Source of the DNA: an uncultured Lachnospiraceae bacterium
GTDB taxonomy: Bacteria > Bacillota > Clostridia > Lachnospirales > Lachnospiraceae
DNA: 64,000 bases
Direction of reading: 5' to 3'
NCBI GenBank assembly: GCA_946558465.1
Contig: CAMNTM010000010.1
Span: 1,574-65,573 of the forward strand
Shown here: positions 30,723 through 39,341 of the stretch, piece after piece
Layout: the number at the start of each line of letters is the position of its first letter
How positions within the stretch are numbered: position 1 is the first letter of the stretch
The notes under the pieces: generated by a model
What the model was told of the DNA's origin: nothing
The model's database searches: none
The model's input: only the letters and a program-made list of their open reading frames with translations
Position numbers and translations under genes: made by a program

Positions 30723-32087
30723 TCAATGGATGATTTGTGAAGCATCTGCAATTTCTACATTTATGAGCTGATTGACACAATTTTCAGAACTTTTTCGTCC
30801 AATTTTTACATATTCCCTCGTATAGCCGATCTGATAAATACCATCTGCACGCTCCTGCACCTCTTCCACAAGTATCTCCTGTACAGTCCCGATAAACGCT
30901 GCCTCATATATATTACGTTTCTTATTCCCAAGAGCAAGAAGCTCACTGCTTCTTTTTGTCTTTATCTCCTCAGGCACTTGATGCTCCATAGATGCGGCCT
31001 TTGTTCCTCTTCGCCTGGAATACTTAAATATATGCGTTTCATAGAAATTCATCTCATCTATAAATGCTTCAGACCTTCTAAATTCTTCCTCTGTCTCCCC
31101 CGGAAATCCTACAATCACATCTGTCGTAAGCGCCGGCTGATAAAAATGCTCCCGAAGAACCGCGCATTTTTCCCGGTATTCCTCTGCAGTATATCTGCGG
31201 TTCATTCTCTGCAATGTCTCATTACAGCCGCTCTGCAGAGAAAGATGAAAATGCGGACACACCTTTTCAAGCTTCCCAAGCTCTTCTGCAAATTCCTCTG
31301 TGACAATCCTAGGCTCCAAAGAACCCAGACGGATTCTCCGGATTCCCTCCACCGCATGAACCGATTGAATTAAAGACAGCAGATTCTCCCTTGTGTCTAT
31401 GCCATAGGAACTTAAATGAATCCCAGTAAGCACGATCTCCTTATATCCTCCTGCTGCCAGCCTTCTGACTTCCTCTAGAACCTGTCCGCTTTCACGGCTT
31501 CTGACACGTCCTCTGGCATAAGGGATAATGCAATAGGAACAGAACTGATTGCAGCCGTCCTGCACCTTGATATAAGCTCTCGTATGCTCCGCCGGATGAC
31601 TTAGGCTCAGCTCCTCATACTCCTTTGTGCGGTTAATATCAATAACCTCTCTCCTTGCCGTATGTCCTGTCCGCACCAGTCCCCTCGTTTCTTCCGTCTC
31701 CCCCGTTCTTTCCGTCTTCTCAATTCCTTCTAAACCTTCCGGCATTCTTTCCTTCTCAAATGCCTCCAAAATAGAAACAATCTCCTGTTTCTTATTATTT
31801 CCTACAATAATATCCACCGCCGGATCTGTTTCACCTGCTTCCGTCTGCGCATAACACCCCGCCGCTACTACAACCGCATCCGGATTCAGCCTCCTGGCCT
31901 TATGGAGCATCTGTCTTGATTTTCTATCCGCCATGTTCGTTACTGTACAAGTATTAATGATATAAACATCCGCCCTCTCTCCAAACGGAACAATCTCGTA
32001 CCCTGCCTTGCAAAGCATCTCCTGCATAGCCTCCGTCTCATAGGCATTTACCTTACAGCCCAAATTATGAAGCGCCGCTTTTTTCAT
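30723..32087 (-). CDS. mtaB: tRNA t6A37 methylthiotransferase MtaB (radical SAM)
   Basis: An N-terminal UPF0004 domain (LGCKVN, NTCTVT) and the radical-SAM CNQFCSYCIIP motif. The C-terminus is TRAM-like with no ribosomal S12 features. Confidence 0.9.
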   Translation of the reverse strand: MKKAALHNLGCKVNAYETEAMQEMLCKAGYEIVPFGERADVYIINTCTVTNMADRKSRQMLHKARRLNPDAVVVAAGCYAQTEAGETDPAVDIIVGNNKKQEIVSILEAFEKERMPEGLEGIEKTERTGETEETRGLVRTGHTARREVIDINRTKEYEELSLSHPAEHTRAYIKVQDGCNQFCSYCIIPYARGRVRSRESGQVLEEVRRLAAGGYKEIVLTGIHLSSYGIDTRENLLSLIQSVHAVEGIRRIRLGSLEPRIVTEEFAEELGKLEKVCPHFHLSLQSGCNETLQRMNRRYTAEEYREKCAVLREHFYQPALTTDVIVGFPGETEEEFRRSEAFIDEMNFYETHIFKYSRRRGTKAASMEHQVPEEIKTKRSSELLALGNKKRNIYEAAFIGTVQEILVEEVQERADGIYQIGYTREYVKIGRKSSENCVNQLINVEIADASQIIH

Positions 32088-32376
32088 TCATTCCCCCTCC
32101 TTCTCCTGCCATAGAAATAATATATTCTCAAAAATACAGCTTTTCCTCCACTGTAATTTGCAAAACTTTACCGCTCACATTCTCCTGTCTCAATCACAAT
32201 TTACCGCCGCCCACTCCATTATCACATAACAGCTTACCAATATGCATCTGCTTTAAACTGCGCCCCTCAAAAAAATTATAATTTCCCTCATTCTTTGGTA
32301 AATTGTTCCTTGACTTTTACCAGCTATCCTCTTAAGATAGTGATAGAGCATGAATTAAAAAGGAGGTTATATTTCA

Positions 32377-32613
32377 ATGAAAACGGTACAGATTTCATTA
32401 AATTCGATTGATAAGGTAAAATCTTTTGTAAATGCCATTACAAAATTTGATTTTGATTTCGACCTGGTATCCGGAAGATATGTTATTGACGCAAAATCTA
32501 TCATGGGTATCTTTAGTTTAGATTTATCCAAACCGATTGAACTTAATATTCACGCAGGCGAAGCTGATATGGATGGCATCCTGACAGCCCTTAAAGATTA
32601 TCTTGTCGGCTGA
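32377..32613 (+). CDS. HPr-fold protein lacking the His15 site
   Basis: 78 aa. DAKSIMGIFSLDL matches the HPr Ser46 region (KSIMGVMSLG). The N-terminal region (SLNSIDKVKSF) has no GIHARPA motif or His15. Strong AAGGAGG RBS. Confidence 0.75.
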   Translation: MKTVQISLNSIDKVKSFVNAITKFDFDFDLVSGRYVIDAKSIMGIFSLDLSKPIELNIHAGEADMDGILTALKDYLVG

Positions 32614-32649
32614 TTTCTGCCTTCGTTTTTACACGATGTTACTACACAG

Positions 32650-32685
32650 AACAGGACCTGCAGACCGCAGGTCCTGTTTTCGTTT
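32650..32685 (+). terminator. intrinsic terminator after the HPr-like gene
   Basis: AACAGGACCTGC-AGACC-GCAGGTCCTGTT forms a 12-bp perfect stem followed by TTCGTTTT. Confidence 0.85.
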
Positions 32686-32751
32686 TCCAAATTTTTATCC
32701 TGCCGGATTCTTTTTCGTTTTCTATGCTTCTATCCTGTCGGACTTTTTCAA

Positions 32752-33933
32752 CTATCGGATTTCCAACACTTCCGCTGTATCTAATGCTTCTTTCACCAGT
32801 GCATCGATCTTTTCGCTCAGACGCCCCTCAGAACGTCTGATGATTTCAATATTCGGCTTCGTCACCGGATGCTTCGCTACAAAAATTGTACAGCAGTCCT
32901 CGAAAGGCTGGATAGAGGTCTCATAGGTGCCTATTTTCTCCGCAATATTCACAATATCCTGCTTGTCAAAGCCGATAACCGGACGATAAACCGGAAGCGT
33001 ACACACATCATTGGTAGCAGCAAGGCTCTGCATTGTCTGGCTAGCCACCTGTCCAATACTTTCTCCGGTAATTAATCCGAGACAGCCATCCTTTTTTGCA
33101 AAATATTCTGCGATCCTCATCATATAACGCCGCATAATAATCGTAAGCTCGTCGTGAGGACATTGATCATAAATATAGAGCTGAATATCTGTAAAATTCA
33201 CCACATGAAGCTTTACAGGCCCTGAATATCTGGCAACAATCTTTGCCAGATCAATCACCTTCTGCTTTGCCCGCTCACTAGTATACGGCGGCGCATGAAA
33301 ATACACAGCCTCCAGTCCCACTCCCCGCTTTGCAATCATATATCCTGCGGCAGGGCTGTCGATCCCCCCGGACAAAAGAAGCATTGCCTTTCCGTTAGTT
33401 CCTACCGGCATGCCGCCGGCTCCCGGGATAATCTGAGAATACACATAAACTGCATTTCGAATCTCTACATGCAGCATTACATCCGGATGATGAACATCTA
33501 CACGAATTTCCGGAAATGCCTCCAGAATTGCTTCTCCCAAATCACAATTCATCTCCATGGAGTTTTTTGGATAGGACTTTCTTGCACGCCTGGACTCCAC
33601 CTTAAAGGTCAGATGCTTATCCGGATACATCTCATCCATATATGCCACTACATCCTTTTTCAGCTCTTCAAAGCCTTTATCCTCCATACGGACTACCGGG
33701 CAGATACCCACCAGACCGAACACCCTGGTAAGCTTCTCTACTACATCGTCATAATCATAACCGCCTTCACAGTCTACATAAATTCTCGCCTGAGATTTGT
33801 ACACCCGAAAGCTGCCTTCGACATTCCTTAACGCATTTCCCACCTGACGGACCAATGCATCTTCAAACAAATACCTGTTTTTTCCCTTAATTCCAATCTC
33901 TCCGTATTTTAATAAAAATGTATGAAATCTCAT
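32752..33933 (-). CDS. thiI: tRNA 4-thiouridine(8) synthase ThiI
   Basis: N-terminal ferredoxin-like and THUMP domains, and the PP-loop LLLSGGIDSPAAGY. There is no C-terminal rhodanese domain, as in Bacillus-type ThiI. Confidence 0.93.
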   Translation of the reverse strand: MRFHTFLLKYGEIGIKGKNRYLFEDALVRQVGNALRNVEGSFRVYKSQARIYVDCEGGYDYDDVVEKLTRVFGLVGICPVVRMEDKGFEELKKDVVAYMDEMYPDKHLTFKVESRRARKSYPKNSMEMNCDLGEAILEAFPEIRVDVHHPDVMLHVEIRNAVYVYSQIIPGAGGMPVGTNGKAMLLLSGGIDSPAAGYMIAKRGVGLEAVYFHAPPYTSERAKQKVIDLAKIVARYSGPVKLHVVNFTDIQLYIYDQCPHDELTIIMRRYMMRIAEYFAKKDGCLGLITGESIGQVASQTMQSLAATNDVCTLPVYRPVIGFDKQDIVNIAEKIGTYETSIQPFEDCCTIFVAKHPVTKPNIEIIRRSEGRLSEKIDALVKEALDTAEVLEIR

Positions 33934-33969
33934 CTGATATTTCTCCTTATGTTAATACCTGACATATCT

Positions 33970-34158
33970 TCATCTATATAGTCCAAATACGAGTGCAGGC
34001 ACATTTTCATCTATACAGCACATATACGAGTGCAGGCACATTTTCATCTACACAGCACGAATACGAGTGCAGGCATACCCTCATCTACACAGCACGAATA
34101 TAAATGCAGATATACCCTCTTTCATATCTCCGGTATACAAATGCCGGTATATTGCTTC
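33970..34158. repeat. decaying tandem array of 37-bp units between nifS and thiI
   Basis: TCATCTA anchors at 33970, 34007, 34044 and 34081 give an exact 37-bp period. The units are TCATCTATATAGTCCAAATACGAGTGCAGGCACATTT, TCATCTATACAGCACATATACGAGTGCAGGCACATTT, TCATCTACACAGCACGAATACGAGTGCAGGCATACCC and TCATCTACACAGCACGAATATAAATGCAGATATACCC. A degenerate fifth copy follows. Confidence 0.85.
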
Positions 34159-34247
34159 ATATTATCTATACACTAATATCAATATATTTCACTCATATTG
34201 TCCGCAGACAAATATCCGGCAGACTTTTCACCCATATCGTTTATGCG

Positions 34248-35405
34248 TTAATGCCTTGTATATTTTCGAAGCGCCGGTACTATATTATATAAGGTCTCAA
34301 GTGTATAGTCAATCTCTTCCAGCGTTGTAAATTCTGACATACTAAACCGAAGTGTAGCATCCAGAAATTCCTGGCTCGCTCCGATTCCTTTTAACACGCC
34401 GCTCACCTGCGGGTGATTTGAAGAACAGGCAGAGCCGGAAGATACATATATCCCTTTCTCCTCCAGTGCATGAAGAAGTACTTCGCTGCGGATTCCTGCA
34501 AATCCCACACTGATAATATGCGGAGCAGAGGTTTCGTCATACAAGCCGTGAATCGTCGTATTCTCAATCTTCGCCACGCCCTCAATAAAATGCTGTTTAA
34601 GCCCCCGCATCCGTTCTACCTTTTCATCTAGATTATCATAAATCATCTTTGCCGCAAGGGAAAGTCCGGCAATACCAGGCACATTTTCCGTACCAGAGCG
34701 GATATTCTTCTGCTGTTCTCCACCAAACACAATCGGCTTGATTTTCACATGCTCATCAATATATAAGGCTCCGATTCCCTTAGGCCCGTGAATCTTATGA
34801 CCGCTTATAGAGCACATGTCTACCTTCAGCTTTTTGGGATAAATCCTGTATTTTCCAAAACCTTGTACCGCATCTACATGAAAGAGAATCTTCTTATTAT
34901 ATGCCTTCACGATGCCGGCTGCCTCCTGTATCGGCTGTACAGAGCCTACCTCATTATTGACATACATAACCGATACAAGAATCGTGTCCTCACAAAGCGC
35001 CTCCTTGAGTGCCTCCAGCCTGATACGGCCATATCGGTCTACCGGCAGAAAGGTAATCCGAAACCCCTCCTCCTCCAGATAACGCATCGTATTGATGATT
35101 GCCGGATGCTCGATTGCCGACGTAATCAGATGCTTTCCCGCGCGCTGATTTGCCCGGGCCGCGCCAATCAGCGCCAAATTATCGCTCTCCGTGCCTCCGG
35201 AGGTAAAAAACACCTCTTTCTCCTGCACCTTCCACAGCCTGGCAAGTGTTTCTTTTGCTTCCTTCATATATTTTTCTGCCTCTACACCTTTGGCATGCAT
35301 GGAAGAAGGATTACCGTAATCCTCACACATGACCTTCCGGACAAGCCCGCCTACCTCATCATAGGCCCTCGTCGTAGCAGAATTGTCTAAATACACTTCC
35401 TTCAT
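34248..35405 (-). CDS. cysteine desulfurase (NifS/NifZ type), probable ThiI partner
   Basis: YLDNSATT, the PLP-lysine region SISGHKIHGPKGIG, and the active-site SSGSACSS. Lies upstream of thiI as in Bacillus nifZ-thiI. Confidence 0.92.
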   Translation of the reverse strand: MKEVYLDNSATTRAYDEVGGLVRKVMCEDYGNPSSMHAKGVEAEKYMKEAKETLARLWKVQEKEVFFTSGGTESDNLALIGAARANQRAGKHLITSAIEHPAIINTMRYLEEEGFRITFLPVDRYGRIRLEALKEALCEDTILVSVMYVNNEVGSVQPIQEAAGIVKAYNKKILFHVDAVQGFGKYRIYPKKLKVDMCSISGHKIHGPKGIGALYIDEHVKIKPIVFGGEQQKNIRSGTENVPGIAGLSLAAKMIYDNLDEKVERMRGLKQHFIEGVAKIENTTIHGLYDETSAPHIISVGFAGIRSEVLLHALEEKGIYVSSGSACSSNHPQVSGVLKGIGASQEFLDATLRFSMSEFTTLEEIDYTLETLYNIVPALRKYTRH

Positions 35406-35448
35406 TCATTCACTTCCTATTTCTTTTTCTTATTATCAGAGTATGTTT

Positions 35449-36186
35449 TTACCCCTCTAAGTGGAACATCAGCACAGAAACAATTGCAAGCCCGGCTGTC
35501 TCTGTTCTAAGAATTCGTTTCCCCAAAGTAATTTCTTTAGCTCCTCTGGAAATGGCAAGCTCCGCCTCCTCCTTTGCAAAGCCTCCCTCCGGACCTATAA
35601 AAATACCTATCGACTGCCCCGGCTTCACAGCTTCTATCACCTCTTTTGTTTCCTTCATACCTGAAGCCAGCTCATAAGGAAGCAGACAGATATCAAGCTC
35701 TGACGCCATATCCAGCGCCTCCTCAAAGGACATAACCGGCAACACCTCTGGAATCCGGCTCCTTCCCGCCTGCTTTGATGCGCTTTCAGAAATCTTATTC
35801 CAGCGCTCAACCTTCTTGTCAGCCTTTTTCTCGTCCAGCCTTACAACACAGCGCTTCATCACTGTCGGAACAACCGCATATACCCCAAGCTCCACACATT
35901 TCTGTATTATGAATTCCATCTTCTCCTGCTTGGGAAGCCCCTGAAACAGGTAGATGCGGGAAGGAAGCTCCGTATCTGCCTGCCGCTTTTCCATAATCTT
36001 AAGAACAGCTCGTTCTTCTTCATAATCCTCCACACGGCATACATACTGACCATTATTTCCGTCACTGACACTTAACTCCTCACCGGGCCGCATACGCAGG
36101 ACATTTCTCATATGGTTCACATCAGAGCCTTCAATATAGATAATATCGTCCCCTACCTGATCAGGCATCACAAAAAAATGCTGCAT
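35449..36186 (-). CDS. rsmE: 16S rRNA (uracil1498-N3)-methyltransferase RsmE
   Basis: A PUA-like N-terminus and a SPOUT C-terminus (GPEGGF, LGKRILRTETA). Confidence 0.9.
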   Translation of the reverse strand: MQHFFVMPDQVGDDIIYIEGSDVNHMRNVLRMRPGEELSVSDGNNGQYVCRVEDYEEERAVLKIMEKRQADTELPSRIYLFQGLPKQEKMEFIIQKCVELGVYAVVPTVMKRCVVRLDEKKADKKVERWNKISESASKQAGRSRIPEVLPVMSFEEALDMASELDICLLPYELASGMKETKEVIEAVKPGQSIGIFIGPEGGFAKEEAELAISRGAKEITLGKRILRTETAGLAIVSVLMFHLEG

Positions 36187-36235
36187 TCCACGTCTCCTAT
36201 TTCTTATTTTTACTTTTTAATTTTGCTGCTGTTCA

Positions 36236-37192
36236 CTAAAGATTCTTTCTTGCAATCACAGACACCCATTCTCCCTGATGATTTACCTCAAGCACAGTAA
36301 GTCCTGCCGCTTTTACAGCCTCCACCACTGTCCTTTCCTTATCATCAATAATTCCGCTTGTTATATACACTGCTCCCGGCTTCATCTGCCGGACAATGAC
36401 AGGTGTCAGAGGAACTAATACTTCCGCCAGAATATTAGCAGCCACAATATCGTACTTTTCATATCCTGCCTTATCCTGCACCGCTTTATCATCAATAATA
36501 TTTCCAATCATAATCTCATATTTATCTTTGGAAATCCCATTCTCTTCCATATTTTTATGAGAAGCTTCAACTGCACACGGGTCCAGATCCGTTCCCACCG
36601 AATATCCGGCGCCAAATTTAAGTGCCAGCATTCCAAGTATTCCGCTTCCACAGCCCACATCCAAAATTCTCGCTCCCGGCACCACATATTTTTTCAGCGC
36701 GCGTATGCAAAGCTGAGTCGTTTCATGCATGCCTGTACCAAAAGCTGTTCCCGGATCGATATGAATAATTATCCTGCTGCTGTCCTCTTCCTTTACTTTC
36801 TCCCAAGAGGGAATGACAAGAATATCGTCAATATAAAACTGATGGAAATACCGCTTCCAGTTATTGACCCAGTCCACATCCTCTGTCTGCGATTCTTCAA
36901 TCGTACAATCTCCCACATCTAAATACGAACGCATTTCTTCCAATTCTTTTTTGATGGCAAGAAGCACTTCTTCCGTGTCTTCTTCCTCCTCCAGATAAAA
37001 AGTCAGATATGCAGTCCCATCATCCTCTGGAAACTCCGGCAGAATGTCCACAAACATCTGCTCCTTATCTCTTGCCGTAAGAGGCATCTTGTCCTCAATC
37101 TGTACACCCTCTATGCCCAGATCTGCAAGTACGCTGATAATAATATCCTCCGCCTCCGTTGTTGTTTTCAGGCGAAATTGATTCCATCTCAT
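36236..37192 (-). CDS. prmA: ribosomal protein L11 methyltransferase
   Basis: PGTAFGTGMHETT, ILDVGCGSGIL and ANILA. ATG 37192 follows AGGAGAA. Confidence 0.92.
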   Translation of the reverse strand: MRWNQFRLKTTTEAEDIIISVLADLGIEGVQIEDKMPLTARDKEQMFVDILPEFPEDDGTAYLTFYLEEEEDTEEVLLAIKKELEEMRSYLDVGDCTIEESQTEDVDWVNNWKRYFHQFYIDDILVIPSWEKVKEEDSSRIIIHIDPGTAFGTGMHETTQLCIRALKKYVVPGARILDVGCGSGILGMLALKFGAGYSVGTDLDPCAVEASHKNMEENGISKDKYEIMIGNIIDDKAVQDKAGYEKYDIVAANILAEVLVPLTPVIVRQMKPGAVYITSGIIDDKERTVVEAVKAAGLTVLEVNHQGEWVSVIARKNL

Positions 37193-37229
37193 TGACCGTT
37201 CTCCTTTTTTAATAGTTCCCAACCGAATA

Positions 37230-37799
37230 TTATCCTAAAACACCTAAATGCTCCAAAAGTATTTTGACTCCTATCAAAATCAAAATAGCACCGCCGGCCA
37301 GCTCAGCTTTAGCCTGGTATTTTGTTCCGAATATATTGCCTATTTTAACACCTGCGATCGAAATTGTAAATGTAATTACACCGATAAAGCAGACTGCGGG
37401 CATAATATCTACATGAAGAAAAGCAAAGGTCACACCTACGGCCAGAGCATCAATGCTTGTGGCAACTGCAAGACCAAGCATCGTCCGAAAGTCTACCGAC
37501 TCATCTGCCTCTTTGCAGTCCTCCCCCGGCTTTGCCGCCTCCCGTACCATATTCAGTCCAATAATTCCAAGAAGAATAAAGGCAATCCAATGATCAACCG
37601 ATGTGATAGCCTCCTTAAACTGAACTCCCAGAAAATAACCTGCCGCCGGCATCAGCGCCTGAAACACTCCGAAATATAAACCGACAATTCCTGCTTTCTT
37701 AAATGTACACTGCTTCATTGCAAGCCCCTTACAAATAGATACTGCAAATGCATCCATGGAAAGTCCTACTGCAATTAAAAAAAGTTCCGTAACTCCCAT
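37230..37799 (-). CDS. mntP: manganese efflux pump MntP
   Basis: 189 aa with six helices. The DAFAVS and DALAVG duplicated motifs are present. Confidence 0.9.
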   Translation of the reverse strand: MGVTELFLIAVGLSMDAFAVSICKGLAMKQCTFKKAGIVGLYFGVFQALMPAAGYFLGVQFKEAITSVDHWIAFILLGIIGLNMVREAAKPGEDCKEADESVDFRTMLGLAVATSIDALAVGVTFAFLHVDIMPAVCFIGVITFTISIAGVKIGNIFGTKYQAKAELAGGAILILIGVKILLEHLGVLG

Positions 37800-37832
37800 A
37801 ATTCCTCTCCTTTCCTTTGTAATCTGGCATTT

Positions 37833-38855
37833 TCACCGAATCTCCGCAAGAATGCTTTTTCGTAATGCTGCTTTTTCGTTCTCCGAGAGAAATGCCGCTT
37901 CCACCCCATTTAAGGAAAGTCTTTCAGCTTCCTCCCTGGTTAATCCGCACTGCCTTCTTAAAAATTCATACCCGGCACCCGCCCAAGTATCAGATACTGT
38001 CATATTATCACTATTTACCGTAACCATAAGTCCCCGTTCAAGATAGCTTTTCAACGGATATTTAGAGAAATCCTTCACTGTCTTGGTCTGCTGATTACTG
38101 ACCGGACACATCTCCAGTGGTATTCTCCTTCTCCGAAGCTCCTCCACAAGCTCTCTGTCCTCTGAGGCACGGACTCCATGTCCAATCCTCGATGCACCAA
38201 ATTCTAGTGCCTTCCATATACTTTCCGGCCCGGCCGCCTCTCCGGCATGAATCGTAAAAGGAATCTTAAGCTCTCCTGCAAGCCGGAATATTTCTTCATA
38301 ATCTGAGGTGGGAAACACCCCTTCGGCACCTGCAAGGTCAAGCGCCGCTACACCCCTGCCCAGATATTTCTCTGCTATGTAAACAGTCTCCAGATTCGCC
38401 TCTGTATTTCCTATTCCACGCATACAGCACAGAATGATCTGCACCCGAATATTTTTCCCTTTTTTATCCGCCATTTTTACCGCCTTTTTAACGCCTTCCA
38501 GCACAGATAGAACGGAATCTGCCTGTCTTAATCCGGTTCTTGTGTGAAGCTGCGGTGCATAACGAATCTCAGCATAACGAATTCCCCTGTCTGCCAGCTC
38601 CTCTGTCAGACGGTACGCAGATATGGACAGCGCTTCTCCTGTCTGAAGTATCTGGAGGGGAAGCTCAAAGCATTTCAAATAATCATTCAAATCCTCACAG
38701 CCGGCCGGAGCGGTAAGATAAGAATACAATCCCTCCCTCGTATCCGCCGGGAGCTCTATCGACTGGAGCTTTGCCAGATCCAAAACTGTCTCCGGGGAAA
38801 GAGAACCATCTAAATGCAGATGAAGATCTGTAATCCCGTATTTCAAAAAAGACAT
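37833..38855 (-). CDS. add: adenosine deaminase
   Basis: DLHLHLDGS, HAGE and VNSDNM (metal and catalytic motifs). The track start at 38864 is GTG. ATG 38855 follows AAGGAGAG at 8 nt. Confidence 0.92.
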   Translation of the reverse strand: MSFLKYGITDLHLHLDGSLSPETVLDLAKLQSIELPADTREGLYSYLTAPAGCEDLNDYLKCFELPLQILQTGEALSISAYRLTEELADRGIRYAEIRYAPQLHTRTGLRQADSVLSVLEGVKKAVKMADKKGKNIRVQIILCCMRGIGNTEANLETVYIAEKYLGRGVAALDLAGAEGVFPTSDYEEIFRLAGELKIPFTIHAGEAAGPESIWKALEFGASRIGHGVRASEDRELVEELRRRRIPLEMCPVSNQQTKTVKDFSKYPLKSYLERGLMVTVNSDNMTVSDTWAGAGYEFLRRQCGLTREEAERLSLNGVEAAFLSENEKAALRKSILAEIR

Positions 38856-38924
38856 CTCATTCACTCTCCTTATTCACAAACAAGGCCCGAAAAATCATTC
38901 TCATAATTTCCCGGACCTCTGCCT

Positions 38925-39332
38925 TTACTCCTTAACTCTAAAAGCAAAATATCTTTGACCAATATAATTAAATCCCACAAACAGTACCATTCCCACAAGC
39001 ATCGCCGCATTCTCCTGCATCCCAACCGACATATCTGTCAGAAGCTTCATTGTCAAGGGCCTGGCAATACCATATGCCAGCAGATAACACAGCAGAATAT
39101 TCAATACGAACTTCAGGACAACTTTTATCGACTTTTCCTTATTCTGAAAGGTAAAATGCTTGTTCAGCACATAGCTTACAATACTGCCGATTATATAATT
39201 CAATGCTGATGATATCCAGTAGCTCAGATGAAGCCCATTATATGCAGTGAACATCACAGCAGTACCCACCGCAGTATTAATAATTCCCACTATCAGGAAC
39301 TTAATCGTAACCCAGTCAACAATCTTTTTCAT
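38925..39332 (-). CDS. GtrA family membrane protein (putative polyprenyl-phosphate-sugar flippase)
   Basis: About 135 aa with four helices. KFLIVGIINTAVGTAVMF and the C-terminal RYFAFR match the GtrA family. It starts 7 nt after the stop of the cohesin-like gene. Confidence 0.85.
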   Translation of the reverse strand: MKKIVDWVTIKFLIVGIINTAVGTAVMFTAYNGLHLSYWISSALNYIIGSIVSYVLNKHFTFQNKEKSIKVVLKFVLNILLCYLLAYGIARPLTMKLLTDMSVGMQENAAMLVGMVLFVGFNYIGQRYFAFRVKE

Positions 39333-39341
39333 CACATACCT

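Noticed and set aside
33970-34158. Possible CRISPR array (regular 37-bp periodicity); the same question applies to the 44-bp array at 16072-16340.
   Set aside because: The units are directly contiguous with no unique spacers. They decay progressively, and no cas genes or leader are present in the window.
37800-37832. An expected yybP-ykoY (Mn2+) riboswitch upstream of mntP.
   Set aside because: Only 33 nt separate mntP from the stop of add, which is far too short for the roughly 100-nt or longer riboswitch. mntP appears to be co-transcribed with add.
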